A DNA stretch of 64,000 bases from an uncultured Candidatus Saccharibacteria bacterium (GCA_964444955.1 CAYUJB010000001.1:77368-141367); one strand, 5' to 3'; counted from the first letter of the stretch, positions 1-7,731 are shown. Translations and numbers: made by a program. The notes: a model not told the origin generated them from the sequence alone.

Positions 1-50
1 TGTAGCGATAGAATGGTACAATACCCTAGTAATTTGTTGACGTATATACT

Positions 51-173
51 ATGGACGAAGAAAAAAAGACCTGCGCCTGTGGCAACACTGAGTTCGCGGA
101 TGGTAAGTGCACCAAATGTGGTGCAGAAGAGCCAGCAGCCGCAGCCCCTGCAGCAGAAGAGGCAGCGATGTAA
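51..173 (+). CDS. small Cys-rich zinc-ribbon-like peptide (40 aa; below ORF-track cutoff)
   Basis: ATG at 51, translates to MDEEKKTCACGNTEFADGKCTKCGAEEPAAAAPAAEEAAM, stop at 171-173. The pattern is CxC...CxxC. A strong hairpin terminator follows directly. Confidence 0.3.
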   Translation: MDEEKKTCACGNTEFADGKCTKCGAEEPAAAAPAAEEAAM

Positions 174-212
174 GCATCATAAAACCACCCGCTCGGGTGG
201 TTTTATGATGCT
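174..212 (+). terminator. hairpin terminator after the small ORF
   Basis: Perfect 17-bp stem gcatcataaaaccacccg / cgggtggttttatgatgc, followed by a T-containing tail. Confidence 0.55.
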
Positions 213-213
213 T

Positions 214-422
214 GTGCTCCCGGCAGGACGCTCGCTCCGCTCGCTATCTCACGCGTGTCGGGCTCGATTGCCTCTGGCTATCCTCGCCCTCCCTTTCTGA
301 AACCATGCGGTTTCAGTACTTCCACCACGGGAGAGACTTTCTCTCCCGACCCCTCTCTGTTCGATCCCTGCCGAGGACGAGTAACAACAACGCCCGGATA
401 TATCCGGGCGTTGTTGTACCTG
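214..422 (-). other. tRNA-3'-flanking module D: hairpin, element with inverted tRNA T-arm copy, and 16-nt direct repeat of the tRNA-Arg 3' end
   Basis: tgtgctcccggcagga at 214-229 repeats 421-436 (the tRNA-Arg 3' end). A perfect 13-bp hairpin lies at 383-417, next to the tRNA. On the tRNA-sense strand the element begins ctcggcagggatcgaac, an inverted copy of the tRNA 3' end. Confidence 0.6.
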
Positions 423-494
423 TGCTCCCGGCAGGAATCGAACCTGCATTACCTCCTTCGGAGGGAGATATCCTATCCATTGAACGACAGGAGC
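423..494 (-). tRNA. tRNA-Arg(CCG)
   Basis: Cloverleaf folded manually on the minus strand: acceptor gctcctg/cgggagc, T-arm gcagg-ttcgatt-cctgc, anticodon loop ctCCGaa, discriminator A. Confidence 0.8.
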
Positions 495-509
495 GTGTTG
501 TACTGAGCG

Positions 510-1310
510 CTAGATGGCAAGCTCGATACTGATAGGGCAGTGGTCACTACCAAGAACATCGGCATGGATTGCTGCTGTTGTTACCTTTGGCGCGATATTC
601 TTTGATGCCATGATGTAGTCAATGCGCCAGCCGACATTGCGCGCGCGGGCATCTGCCCAGTGCGACCACCAGGTGTAGTGGCCATTACCTTTGTGGAAGA
701 GGCGGAAGGTGTCCACAAAGCCTGCCTGAACAAACGCATCAAATCCGGCGCGTTCCTCTGAGGTAAACCCCTTGAGTCCCTCGTTTTCTTTTGGGCGCGC
801 TAGATCATCTGGAGTATGGGCGACATTGAGATCGCCGCAGAAGACGACTGGCTTTTTTTGCTCTAGCTCTCGCATGTAGGCAAGAAACGCCGGATCCCAG
901 TGCTTGTGGCGCAGCGGGATGCGGGTGAGATCGTCTTTGGAGTTAGGGGTGTAGACGCACACGACGAAGTAGTTCTTATACTCGGCTGCAATCACACGCC
1001 CTTCGGTGTTGGGGTCGCCATAGGCATCGGCAAGTGGTGCGTACGGCGTGGCAACGAGGGGAGGGATGTCGGTGAGGATGGCAAGCGCTTCCTCTTTGGA
1101 AAATATCGCAGTACCCGAATAACCTTTTTTGGTGGCGCTGTTCCAATATTCATGGTAATCGGGCAGATCGAGGGTCGCCTCGCCCTGCATTGCCTTGGTT
1201 TCTTGCAGGCAGAGAATATCGGGTTGGTGCTGCGCGATAAACGGCGCAAAGGTTCCTTTGCGTACGCCTGCGCGGATGCCATTCACGTTCCATGAGTAGA
1301 TGCGGGTCAC
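510..1310 (-). CDS. xthA: exodeoxyribonuclease III (AP endonuclease)
   Basis: 266 aa. N-terminus MTRIYSWNVNGIRA and a C-terminal LGSDHCPI motif are typical of the Xth/EEP family. Confidence 0.9.
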   Translation of the reverse strand: MTRIYSWNVNGIRAGVRKGTFAPFIAQHQPDILCLQETKAMQGEATLDLPDYHEYWNSATKKGYSGTAIFSKEEALAILTDIPPLVATPYAPLADAYGDPNTEGRVIAAEYKNYFVVCVYTPNSKDDLTRIPLRHKHWDPAFLAYMRELEQKKPVVFCGDLNVAHTPDDLARPKENEGLKGFTSEERAGFDAFVQAGFVDTFRLFHKGNGHYTWWSHWADARARNVGWRIDYIMASKNIAPKVTTAAIHADVLGSDHCPISIELAI

Positions 1311-1385
1311 TGAGGCAGTGTAGCGGAGGTGGAGGAAAAAGAAAACACCGACCCGGAGGGGTCGGTGATGAGGCGTTGAGTGCCG

Positions 1386-1706
1386 CTAGAGTAGGAGGCT
1401 CAGCTCGCCAGAGAAGTAGTCCTGGTCGACGGGTTGTCCTGGTGATGGAGCGTAGGCCATCCACTCGGACCCTCCCCACGCAAGGCACACCAGTGGTTTT
1501 CCCCAAAACCTTGGACTCGAAACGTAGAGTTGGGTTCCGCCTTCATCGGAGATCTCAACGGCTTGAATAGTCCCCACCAAAATCGTGTGGTGAGACCCGT
1601 GGTGTGCTTCAAATCGGTAGTTTTTTCCGAGGAGTTCGAGAGCGGATGGGAGGCCGATTTCCTGGAGAGATTCCTCGAGTGGATCGGTTTGGTTGCTGCG
1701 AGGCAT
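1386..1706 (-). CDS. hypothetical protein
   Basis: 106-aa ORF with a consensus sigma70 promoter directly upstream; no recognisable family. Confidence 0.5.
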   Translation of the reverse strand: MPRSNQTDPLEESLQEIGLPSALELLGKNYRFEAHHGSHHTILVGTIQAVEISDEGGTQLYVSSPRFWGKPLVCLAWGGSEWMAYAPSPGQPVDQDYFSGELSLLL

Positions 1707-1750
1707 TGGACATTTCCTTTGGCGTTTGTAAGGTGCAAAACAGTAAAAGT

Positions 1751-1779
1751 ATTATACTCTTACTTTACAAATATGTCAA
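1751..1779 (-). promoter_or_regulatory. sigma70-like promoter (TTGACA-17-TATAAT) for the ORF at 1386..1706
   Basis: Minus-strand sequence ttgacatatttgtaaagtaagagtataat. Confidence 0.55.
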
Positions 1780-1787
1780 TTTAATTG

Positions 1788-1869
1788 TGCCTGGGGTGGG
1801 AGTCGAACCCACATGCCTTGCGGCGCCCGATTTTAAGTCGAGTGCGTATACCAATTCCGCCACCCAGGC
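1788..1869 (-). tRNA. tRNA-Leu(UAA), type II
   Basis: Acceptor gcctggg/cccaggc, T-arm gtggg-ttcgact-cccac, anticodon loop ctTAAaa, long variable arm, discriminator A. Confidence 0.8.
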
Positions 1870-1885
1870 GTTGCGTATCATCGCT

Positions 1886-1913
1886 AGTATACTGATTTTC
1901 TTCGTTTTTTCAA
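1886..1913 (-). promoter_or_regulatory. sigma70-like promoter (TTGAAA-16-TATACT) for tRNA-Leu(UAA)
   Basis: Minus-strand sequence ttgaaaaaacgaagaaaatcagtatact, about 16 nt upstream of the tRNA 5' end. Confidence 0.5.
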
Positions 1914-1932
1914 GAAATCATGCGCACAAGAA

Positions 1933-1951
1933 AGCCCGTCAGTGACGGGCT
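1933..1951 (-). terminator. hairpin downstream of the GNAT gene
   Basis: agcccgtc-agtg-acgggct, perfect 8-bp stem, followed on the minus strand by ttcttgtg. Confidence 0.4.
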
Positions 1952-1956
1952 CGGGG

Positions 1957-2445
1957 CTAGTGGGGGACGATGTTCATCTTGTACAGATTGGTGCCCCACA
2001 CACCCACGGAGCGAGCAACGAGCACAAATCCGAGTTTCTGATACAGCGCATTTGCCGCAACGCGACTGGGACGACTAGTGAGAAAGAGTTTGATCTTCTG
2101 GCCGCGTTCATTGGCGAATCGTTGCGCCGTGGCAATCAAGGCGCGCGTGATGTGTTCGCCAATATGTTTGCCGCGTTGCGGCTCATCGACGACGACATCG
2201 TGGATTTCGGCAATCCAGCGAGCGAGATTGCGTTGGAAGAAGATGCTTCCCATGCCGAGATAGTTTTCCGGGAATTTCGATTGGTCGTCGACTGCGACAA
2301 AGAGGTGGAAGTTTGGATTTGCGAGTACTTCGCGCACGTCCGCTTCGGTCAACACTCGCTCACCGGGGGATTGCTGCTCGATGAGGTAGGAGAGGCGATC
2401 GACGAACGGGAATTCATCGGTGTCGTTGCAGCGTAGAATACGCAT
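1957..2445 (-). CDS. GNAT family N-acetyltransferase
   Basis: 162 aa. QRGKHIG...ALIATAQRF is an acetyl-CoA binding motif A-like segment. A Shine-Dalgarno aggagg lies upstream. Confidence 0.8.
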   Translation of the reverse strand: MRILRCNDTDEFPFVDRLSYLIEQQSPGERVLTEADVREVLANPNFHLFVAVDDQSKFPENYLGMGSIFFQRNLARWIAEIHDVVVDEPQRGKHIGEHITRALIATAQRFANERGQKIKLFLTSRPSRVAANALYQKLGFVLVARSVGVWGTNLYKMNIVPH

Positions 2446-2592
2446 ATTTCCTCCTTAGGAAAGAACTGTTGAGGTGCCGGCGGGATTTGTCGTACCTTCG
2501 GTAGATCTCCCGTAGGGACGACACCCGCGAATGTCGGTTTTGTCCTGCTGCGCAGGATCTCGCGTAGCGAGACAGACCAACACTACCTCTTG

Positions 2593-2664
2593 AGGCGCAG
2601 AGGGGAATCGAACCCCTGCATTGCGGTTTTGCAGACCGCTGTGTTACCACTTCACCACTGCGCC
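2593..2664 (-). tRNA. tRNA-Cys(GCA)
   Basis: Acceptor ggcgcag/ctgcgcc, T-arm agggg-ttcgatt-cccct, anticodon loop ctGCAaa, 3-bp D stem. Confidence 0.8.
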
Positions 2665-2901
2665 ATATTTCTTTTTCAATAGCTCTTTTTGTTGATGATT
2701 TTTAAGAAATAACTCTCGTTTTACTGCTTCGCTTCGTGTAATTAATGTCTCCGCCTGCAGTAACGTCCATGGTCGATATCCTTTTGTCGATCGAACTCTT
2801 CCCGCATTGTGAAGCGCCAAGCGTTGAATGACATCAGCAGTACTTCCGATATACATATCACCGTTTGCCTCGCTTCGTAAGACGTACGTGTAGTATGCCA
2901 T
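2644..2901 (-). CDS. small GIY-YIG nuclease-domain protein (YhbQ/UPF0213-like)
   Basis: MAYYTYVLRSEANGDMYIGSTADVIQRLALHNAGRV is a GIY-YIG motif. Likely start at the internal Met. The last 21 nt of the CDS overlap the 5' end of tRNA-Cys. Confidence 0.75.
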   Translation of the reverse strand: MAYYTYVLRSEANGDMYIGSTADVIQRLALHNAGRVRSTKGYRPWTLLQAETLITRSEAVKRELFLKNHQQKELLKKKYGAVVKW

Positions 2902-2956
2902 AGAACCACTTGTCATAGCTTCGCTAGATCTCGCGAAGCGAGAGCTATGCCGCCGA

Positions 2957-4489
2957 CTATAACGTTTTCTTCACCTGCTCCTCGGTGATGAATTCTAGCA
3001 CATCACCCTCGTGGATTTCACCCTCAAAACTAGCGGTATCAATACGCATACCACAATCGGCACCCTGTGCCACCTCGCTGACGTCTTCTTTTTCGCGCTG
3101 CAGACTGGAGATTTTGCCCACGCGCGTGGGTACGTCGCCACGCATGAGATCCACCAGGGAGCCCTTGCGGATGGCTCCTGAAGTAACACGACCGCCGAGG
3201 ATGACACTGCGTGCGTCAGTTTTGAAGATGGCAAGCACCTTGAGTTTGCCTATGACTGTGCGCTGGGTTTCGGTGGGGAGCTGTGCGGCAAGATCGGTGC
3301 GGATTGCTTCGATGAGTTCGTAGATAATATCAAATGATTTGATGACAATACCATCACGTTCGGCAAGCTTTGCGGCGGCGGGGTCGATCTGGACGCGAAA
3401 GCCCATGATGATAGCGCCCTTGGCGGCAGCGGTCTTCACGTCGCCTTCGGAGATGTTGCCGATGCCCGAGGCGAGCACGCGCAGGCCAATCTGTTCGGTG
3501 GGAATCGCGCTCATCGAGAGATCGAGAGCTTCCAATGAGCTTGCCACGTCGGCCTTGAAAATCACGTTGAGCGTGAGGCTGTTGGCATTGGGAGTTTGTT
3601 CGCCACGGAAGGTATCAAATGCTGCGGGTGGGGGAGTGACCGAGTCTCCCGCGAGCTCTTCGGCCGATTTCTTCGATGGCGCTGTGTGAAATTGTCCGCC
3701 GACGCGCGGCGCTTCTTGCCAGCCGGTGATGAGCACGGGTTGCGATGGGCGCGCTTCAGTGATGGCGACACCCAGGAAGTCTTCCATACTTTTGACTTTG
3801 CCGACTACGTGGTCCACGACGATCCAGTCGCCGACGTGCAGGATTCCTTCTTGCACGAGTGCAGTCGCCACATAACCGCGACGCTTGTCGAGATTCGACT
3901 CGATGATGACACCGGAGGCAACGGCGGGCAGGACCTCTTTGAGCTCGAGCAGCTCGGCGACGAGGTTGATCATTTCCAAGAGCTCGGTGATGCCGTTCCC
4001 GTCTTTTGCGGAGATTTCCAACGCGGGCGTTTGGCCACCCCACTCTTCCACCAGCACGTCTTCTTGCGCCAGATCCTGCTTCACCTTGGCTGAATTGGCG
4101 CCTTCTTTATCTATCTTGTTGATGGCGACGATGGTCGGAAGTTTGGCTTCTTTGATAATACGAATAGCTTCTTTTGTTTGGGGCTTGACCGATTCGTCTG
4201 CAGCGACGACCAAAATGGCAATATCGGCAACGTTGGCACCGCGACTACGGATGGCGGTGAACGCTTCATGGCCGGGAGTATCGAGGAAGGTGATGAGCTT
4301 ATCATTGATGGTGGCCTGATAGGCGCCGATGTGCTGCGTGATGCCGCCCGATTCTCCCGCGACCACGTTGGTTTTGCGGATGACATCCAAGAGTTTGGTC
4401 TTGCCATGATCAACGTGCCCCAAAACTACCACGACGGGTGGTCGGGATGATGGCGTTGCGCCGGGATTGTGGGCGGGTGCAGTGCTCAT
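2957..4489 (-). CDS. infB: translation initiation factor IF-2 (short form)
   Basis: 510 aa. G-domain VVVLGHVDHGKTKLLD, DTPGH and NKIDK motifs, plus the C-terminal beta-barrel region. Confidence 0.95.
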   Translation of the reverse strand: MSTAPAHNPGATPSSRPPVVVVLGHVDHGKTKLLDVIRKTNVVAGESGGITQHIGAYQATINDKLITFLDTPGHEAFTAIRSRGANVADIAILVVAADESVKPQTKEAIRIIKEAKLPTIVAINKIDKEGANSAKVKQDLAQEDVLVEEWGGQTPALEISAKDGNGITELLEMINLVAELLELKEVLPAVASGVIIESNLDKRRGYVATALVQEGILHVGDWIVVDHVVGKVKSMEDFLGVAITEARPSQPVLITGWQEAPRVGGQFHTAPSKKSAEELAGDSVTPPPAAFDTFRGEQTPNANSLTLNVIFKADVASSLEALDLSMSAIPTEQIGLRVLASGIGNISEGDVKTAAAKGAIIMGFRVQIDPAAAKLAERDGIVIKSFDIIYELIEAIRTDLAAQLPTETQRTVIGKLKVLAIFKTDARSVILGGRVTSGAIRKGSLVDLMRGDVPTRVGKISSLQREKEDVSEVAQGADCGMRIDTASFEGEIHEGDVLEFITEEQVKKTL

Positions 4490-4563
4490 AGGACGTCAAA
4501 GAATACCACGAAAAATGTGATGTAGCAACGATCGAGCTGAGTCGTCGTGCGCTCACGAGCCGA

Positions 4564-4746
4564 TTACGGTTGAGCGATGTTGAGCGCGTCCCACACTTTC
4601 TTCATTTGAGTCTTGAGCCGATCTACTTCTTCACGAAGATCGAGCTTCTTTTCGAGTTCATCAAATCGACGTGCGACAATAGTAGCGAGTTGTCCCACTT
4701 CCTGTTCTATTTTTTCATCGAAATATTCCTTTGTGAGATCTGTCAT
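4564..4746 (-). CDS. small coiled-coil hypothetical protein
   Basis: 60 aa, charged and helical, immediately upstream of infB on the same strand. Confidence 0.4.
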   Translation of the reverse strand: MTDLTKEYFDEKIEQEVGQLATIVARRFDELEKKLDLREEVDRLKTQMKKVWDALNIAQP

Positions 4747-4798
4747 GTTTGAATGCTATCACCACAAGAATGCTAGTCAATATGGTAATTTCTTTTGT

Positions 4799-4990
4799 AA
4801 TTGCGGGAAGGGTGGGATTTGCCCGCACCTCTCGCCTCGCCGTCGCGATGCTCGGGCCTGCCTACCGGCAGGCAGGTTGGGCACCGCCTCCGGGCGACAT
4901 CTACTGATATCGCATCCGTCCGGCGTTCGAATCTCACTTTCTGTCTGCGTTTCTCTATAAACTACCAAACGGCAGTTTATAGAGAAATTG
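4799..4990 (-). other. tRNA-3'-flanking module A: hairpin, conserved-core element, and 21-nt direct repeat of the tRNA 3' end
   Basis: aattgcgggaagggtgggatt occurs at 4799-4819 and again at 4987-5007 (the tRNA 3' end). A perfect 13-bp hairpin lies at 4951-4986. The core blocks cggacggatgcgat, gtcgcccggagg and gcgacggcgag are shared with modules B and C. Confidence 0.7.
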
Positions 4991-5077
4991 CGGGAAGGGT
5001 GGGATTCGAACCCACGAGACCCGTAAAGGTCCGGCGGTTTAGTAAACCGCTGCTTTCAGCCGCTCAGCCACCTTCCC
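4991..5077 (-). tRNA. type II tRNA, Ser-like; anticodon reads as ACU (unusual, needs verification)
   Basis: Acceptor gggaagg/ccttccc, discriminator G, 3-bp D stem, long variable arm, T-arm gtggg-ttcgaat-cccac, anticodon stem gcggt/accgc with loop ttACTaa. Confidence 0.7.
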
Positions 5078-5315
5078 GTGATAATAACTTCTTAAACGCG
5101 GCACCTCCCTTGTAACTTTTCAGCACCATCTCTCTTCGATACGCATCTTGCTTCGTGGCGAATTCTTCCTGATAGACGACACGCCAAGGTCGTCCTGTCT
5201 TGGTAGATATATTCCTTCCTGCGTTATGCCGTGCAATCCTCTTCGTAAGATCACTCGTAGATCCTATGTAGTGCTTTCCGGTCTTCTCGCTTTTGAGAAT
5301 ATAGGTGTAATGCAT
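5064..5315 (-). CDS. small GIY-YIG nuclease-domain protein (second copy)
   Basis: MHYTYILKSEKTGKHYIGSTSDLTKRIARHNAGR. Likely start at internal Met17 of the listed ORF. The last 14 nt overlap the 5' end of the downstream tRNA. Confidence 0.75.
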   Translation of the reverse strand: MHYTYILKSEKTGKHYIGSTSDLTKRIARHNAGRNISTKTGRPWRVVYQEEFATKQDAYRREMVLKSYKGGAAFKKLLSREGG

Positions 5316-5420
5316 TGTAAGCCACCCCCGCCAGGCGCTTCGCGCGTGGCGGGGCCTCGCCATAGGCGATGGTCAGCCACCTTCCCGTGGAGTGCTCGCA
5401 TGATACTAGCACAGGTTTCG

Positions 5421-7190
5421 CTATCGCGGCAGCACTTCTTTCCAACCGGGGACGCGCTGCTGAACGGGGAGCGATTTGGTCTGCACGCAGGTAAACGTGC
5501 CGTCGGAGACGGAGAGGTTCACGGAATATGAACCCGGTGCGGTGTAGGTGTGGGTGGGGTCGGGGAGCGCTGAAGTGCCGGTGTCACCAAACGTCCAACT
5601 CCACGACGTGCACAAGCTTGGTGTCACACCCACTGAGTAGCACGTGGTGCTGCCGTCGCTGAAGGCGACCTCGGTATCCACCGGAGGCTTGGTAGGCGAC
5701 CAGGTAAAGGTGCTCACATTCGACGGATAGGCGTGGGCGGGGGATTGCCACGACGTGTTGCCACCCGAACAGCCCGAGGGATTGCCCGGAGGGCCCTCAC
5801 ACTCGGTCTGGGTAACCCAAGAGGAGGGAGCATCAAACGCATCCCACACTTTCACGCGGGAATAGTAGGTGGTGTCCCAGTCGATGCCACTGCTGGTGAA
5901 GACTGAGGTGGACGTGCCGGTGAGTTTGCCGCTGTCATAGACGGGACTGCCAAATCCCACACTGTCATCGAGTTGTACCTGGTATGCTGATTGCGCATCG
6001 CCATCAGCATCGCTATAGCTCCACGAAACGGTCACCGCAGGGCCAGAGCTGCAGTAGTCGGGCTCAGCGGCTTTGACATTCGATGCGGTTGGCGAGGTGT
6101 TGGCGAGTACCGTGACGGTCACGCTGTCGTTAGCAGACGTTCCCCCTGCACCATCACAGGTGAGGGTGTACGTTTTGTTGGCGAGGAGATTCGTTTTTGA
6201 TTCGCTGCCCGTGGTTGCCTTTGCACCTGACCAGTCCACTGAAGCGGTGCAGCTGGAGGCATTTGTGCTGCTCCATGAGAGATTGGCCGTGCCGCTATAG
6301 GCAACAGTACACGCTGCATCACTCCCATTGCAAAGAAGTGAGATAGTCGGAGTGATAGCGGTGCAGGTGACCGTGAATGTCTTGTCAGGCGCACCAGAGT
6401 TGATGGCTTTAGACCACGCATCGGGAGTGCAGGTGTAGTCGGCGGGGGGAGTGAGACTGATGGTGTAGGTGGCGAAGTCTAAGTCGGTGTACAGCCCCGA
6501 GGTGCCCGAGCCACTGCCGGCACCGGGGATCGTCCAGGACACTCCTGCGTTGTTGGTGCTCACGGCGATAGAGCCCGTGGTGGGTGCACAGGACTGATTG
6601 GTGCAGCTGTCGCTGCATGATGCTGGGCAGGTGCCGTTGCTCGCCCCATCATCGCACTCTTCACCACCGTTGACGATGCTGTCGCCGCAGTAGGCGCAGA
6701 CACCGCAATCGTCGGAGCAGCTCCCACACGTTTCCCCTCCGTTGCACGTTCCATCACCACACGAGGGTCCCGGGTCGGGGGTGGGAGTTGGGTCGGGAGT
6801 TGGCGTCGCACAGGCACCACAATCTTCGCTACAGTTTCCGCACGTTTCTCCCGCATCGCACGAGCTGTCGCCGCAGGACGGAGTTGGCTCGGGAGGGGGA
6901 GGGTCATTACAGATGACATCATATTCAGCCCAGGCGCAAACACCTCCACCCGGGTCACCGCTGCAGTATGTTGTGGCTCCGTTCATGACACACCCACCAC
7001 CATAGGGGCAGTTGTCTGATACGGTGCCACCTAGACAAATATTTTGCTCGTCCTGATCTATGTAGGGACTACAATAAAAACCGCCTGTGCAGTAGATAGT
7101 TTCAGCGCGGGATATCGTAGGGACAATAAATAGTATTGAGCATACGGCTCCAATACTGAAGAAAGAAATATCTTGAAAAATCTTTTTCAT
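5421..7190 (-). CDS. secreted Cys-rich repeat / PKD-like surface protein
   Basis: 589 aa. N-terminal signal peptide, repeated CGDGxCNGGETCGxCxxDCGxC units, Pro/Thr linkers, and C-terminal Ig/PKD-like beta-rich region. Confidence 0.7.
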   Translation of the reverse strand: MKKIFQDISFFSIGAVCSILFIVPTISRAETIYCTGGFYCSPYIDQDEQNICLGGTVSDNCPYGGGCVMNGATTYCSGDPGGGVCAWAEYDVICNDPPPPEPTPSCGDSSCDAGETCGNCSEDCGACATPTPDPTPTPDPGPSCGDGTCNGGETCGSCSDDCGVCAYCGDSIVNGGEECDDGASNGTCPASCSDSCTNQSCAPTTGSIAVSTNNAGVSWTIPGAGSGSGTSGLYTDLDFATYTISLTPPADYTCTPDAWSKAINSGAPDKTFTVTCTAITPTISLLCNGSDAACTVAYSGTANLSWSSTNASSCTASVDWSGAKATTGSESKTNLLANKTYTLTCDGAGGTSANDSVTVTVLANTSPTASNVKAAEPDYCSSGPAVTVSWSYSDADGDAQSAYQVQLDDSVGFGSPVYDSGKLTGTSTSVFTSSGIDWDTTYYSRVKVWDAFDAPSSWVTQTECEGPPGNPSGCSGGNTSWQSPAHAYPSNVSTFTWSPTKPPVDTEVAFSDGSTTCYSVGVTPSLCTSWSWTFGDTGTSALPDPTHTYTAPGSYSVNLSVSDGTFTCVQTKSLPVQQRVPGWKEVLPR

Positions 7191-7678
7191 TTCGACGCTA
7201 CTGCTATGCCGAACTTTGCTGTCCCGGTGGAAAGATCAAGAAGCACAAGCCTCCCTTTCCAGCGCGGAGTTTCCAGCTCAAATGTCAATGCATCGGCATT
7301 ATATCCACCTGACGTTAACGTCCACCCCATCTTTTTTACTTGATTGCCATAGGTGTTTGAGAATGTTGCGGCGTCAATCCATGGAAATGAGCCGAGCATC
7401 AGATATCCTGTGGTACCATTTGAATACCTGACACTTTTTATAGTCACATCAGAGCTATTGGCAGGTAAAAGTACCTGCGCCTCGGTGGATATTTCCCTCA
7501 AGGAGATATTTCCCGTAGATGTAACTTCAGAGAATGAAAGAATTGCTGTTTTCGAGAGACCTCGCTGCCCAACTTGAAAGCGCTCAAATATCTTCGTATC
7601 TGTTTTGTTCTTGCTGCTAACAAAAAACAAAATAATGCCAAAAACGATAACCGCTACCGTGAGTGATTTTTTACTCAT
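7187..7678 (-). CDS. membrane-anchored hypothetical protein
   Basis: N-terminal TM MSKKSLTVAVIVFGIILFFV. Its stop overlaps the start of the downstream gene by 4 nt, suggesting an operon. Confidence 0.5.
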   Translation of the reverse strand: MSKKSLTVAVIVFGIILFFVSSKNKTDTKIFERFQVGQRGLSKTAILSFSEVTSTGNISLREISTEAQVLLPANSSDVTIKSVRYSNGTTGYLMLGSFPWIDAATFSNTYGNQVKKMGWTLTSGGYNADALTFELETPRWKGRLVLLDLSTGTAKFGIAVASK

Positions 7679-7731
7679 TTCAATATTAGTATACAGTATC
7701 ATGACTCATGGCGAGTAAGTTATGTGTGGAC

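Noticed and set aside
1530-1945. Plus-strand ORFs 1530-1784 and 1604-1945
   Set aside because: Antisense to ORF 1386-1706 and running through tRNA-Leu(UAA) and its promoter.
2446-2592. Possible fifth, degenerate copy of the tRNA-flanking module downstream of tRNA-Cys (ends ...acgacaaatcccgccggcacctcaa, loosely resembling the tRNA 3' end)
   Set aside because: Similarity to the tRNA 3' end and to the conserved core blocks is too weak to call by eye. There is no clear long hairpin immediately after the tRNA.
3596-4093. Antisense or embedded ORFs inside infB, ligA, ileS, the ABC transporter, glyQS, gyrB, thrS and dnaE (e.g. 3596-4093+, 21429-22457-, 28170-29204-, 37532-38134+, 38866-39612-, 43679-44218-, 54871-55617+)
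   Set aside because: All lie wholly within well-supported conserved genes on the opposite strand or in another frame. Their Arg/Ala/Gly/His-rich composition is characteristic of shadow ORFs in GC-rich DNA.
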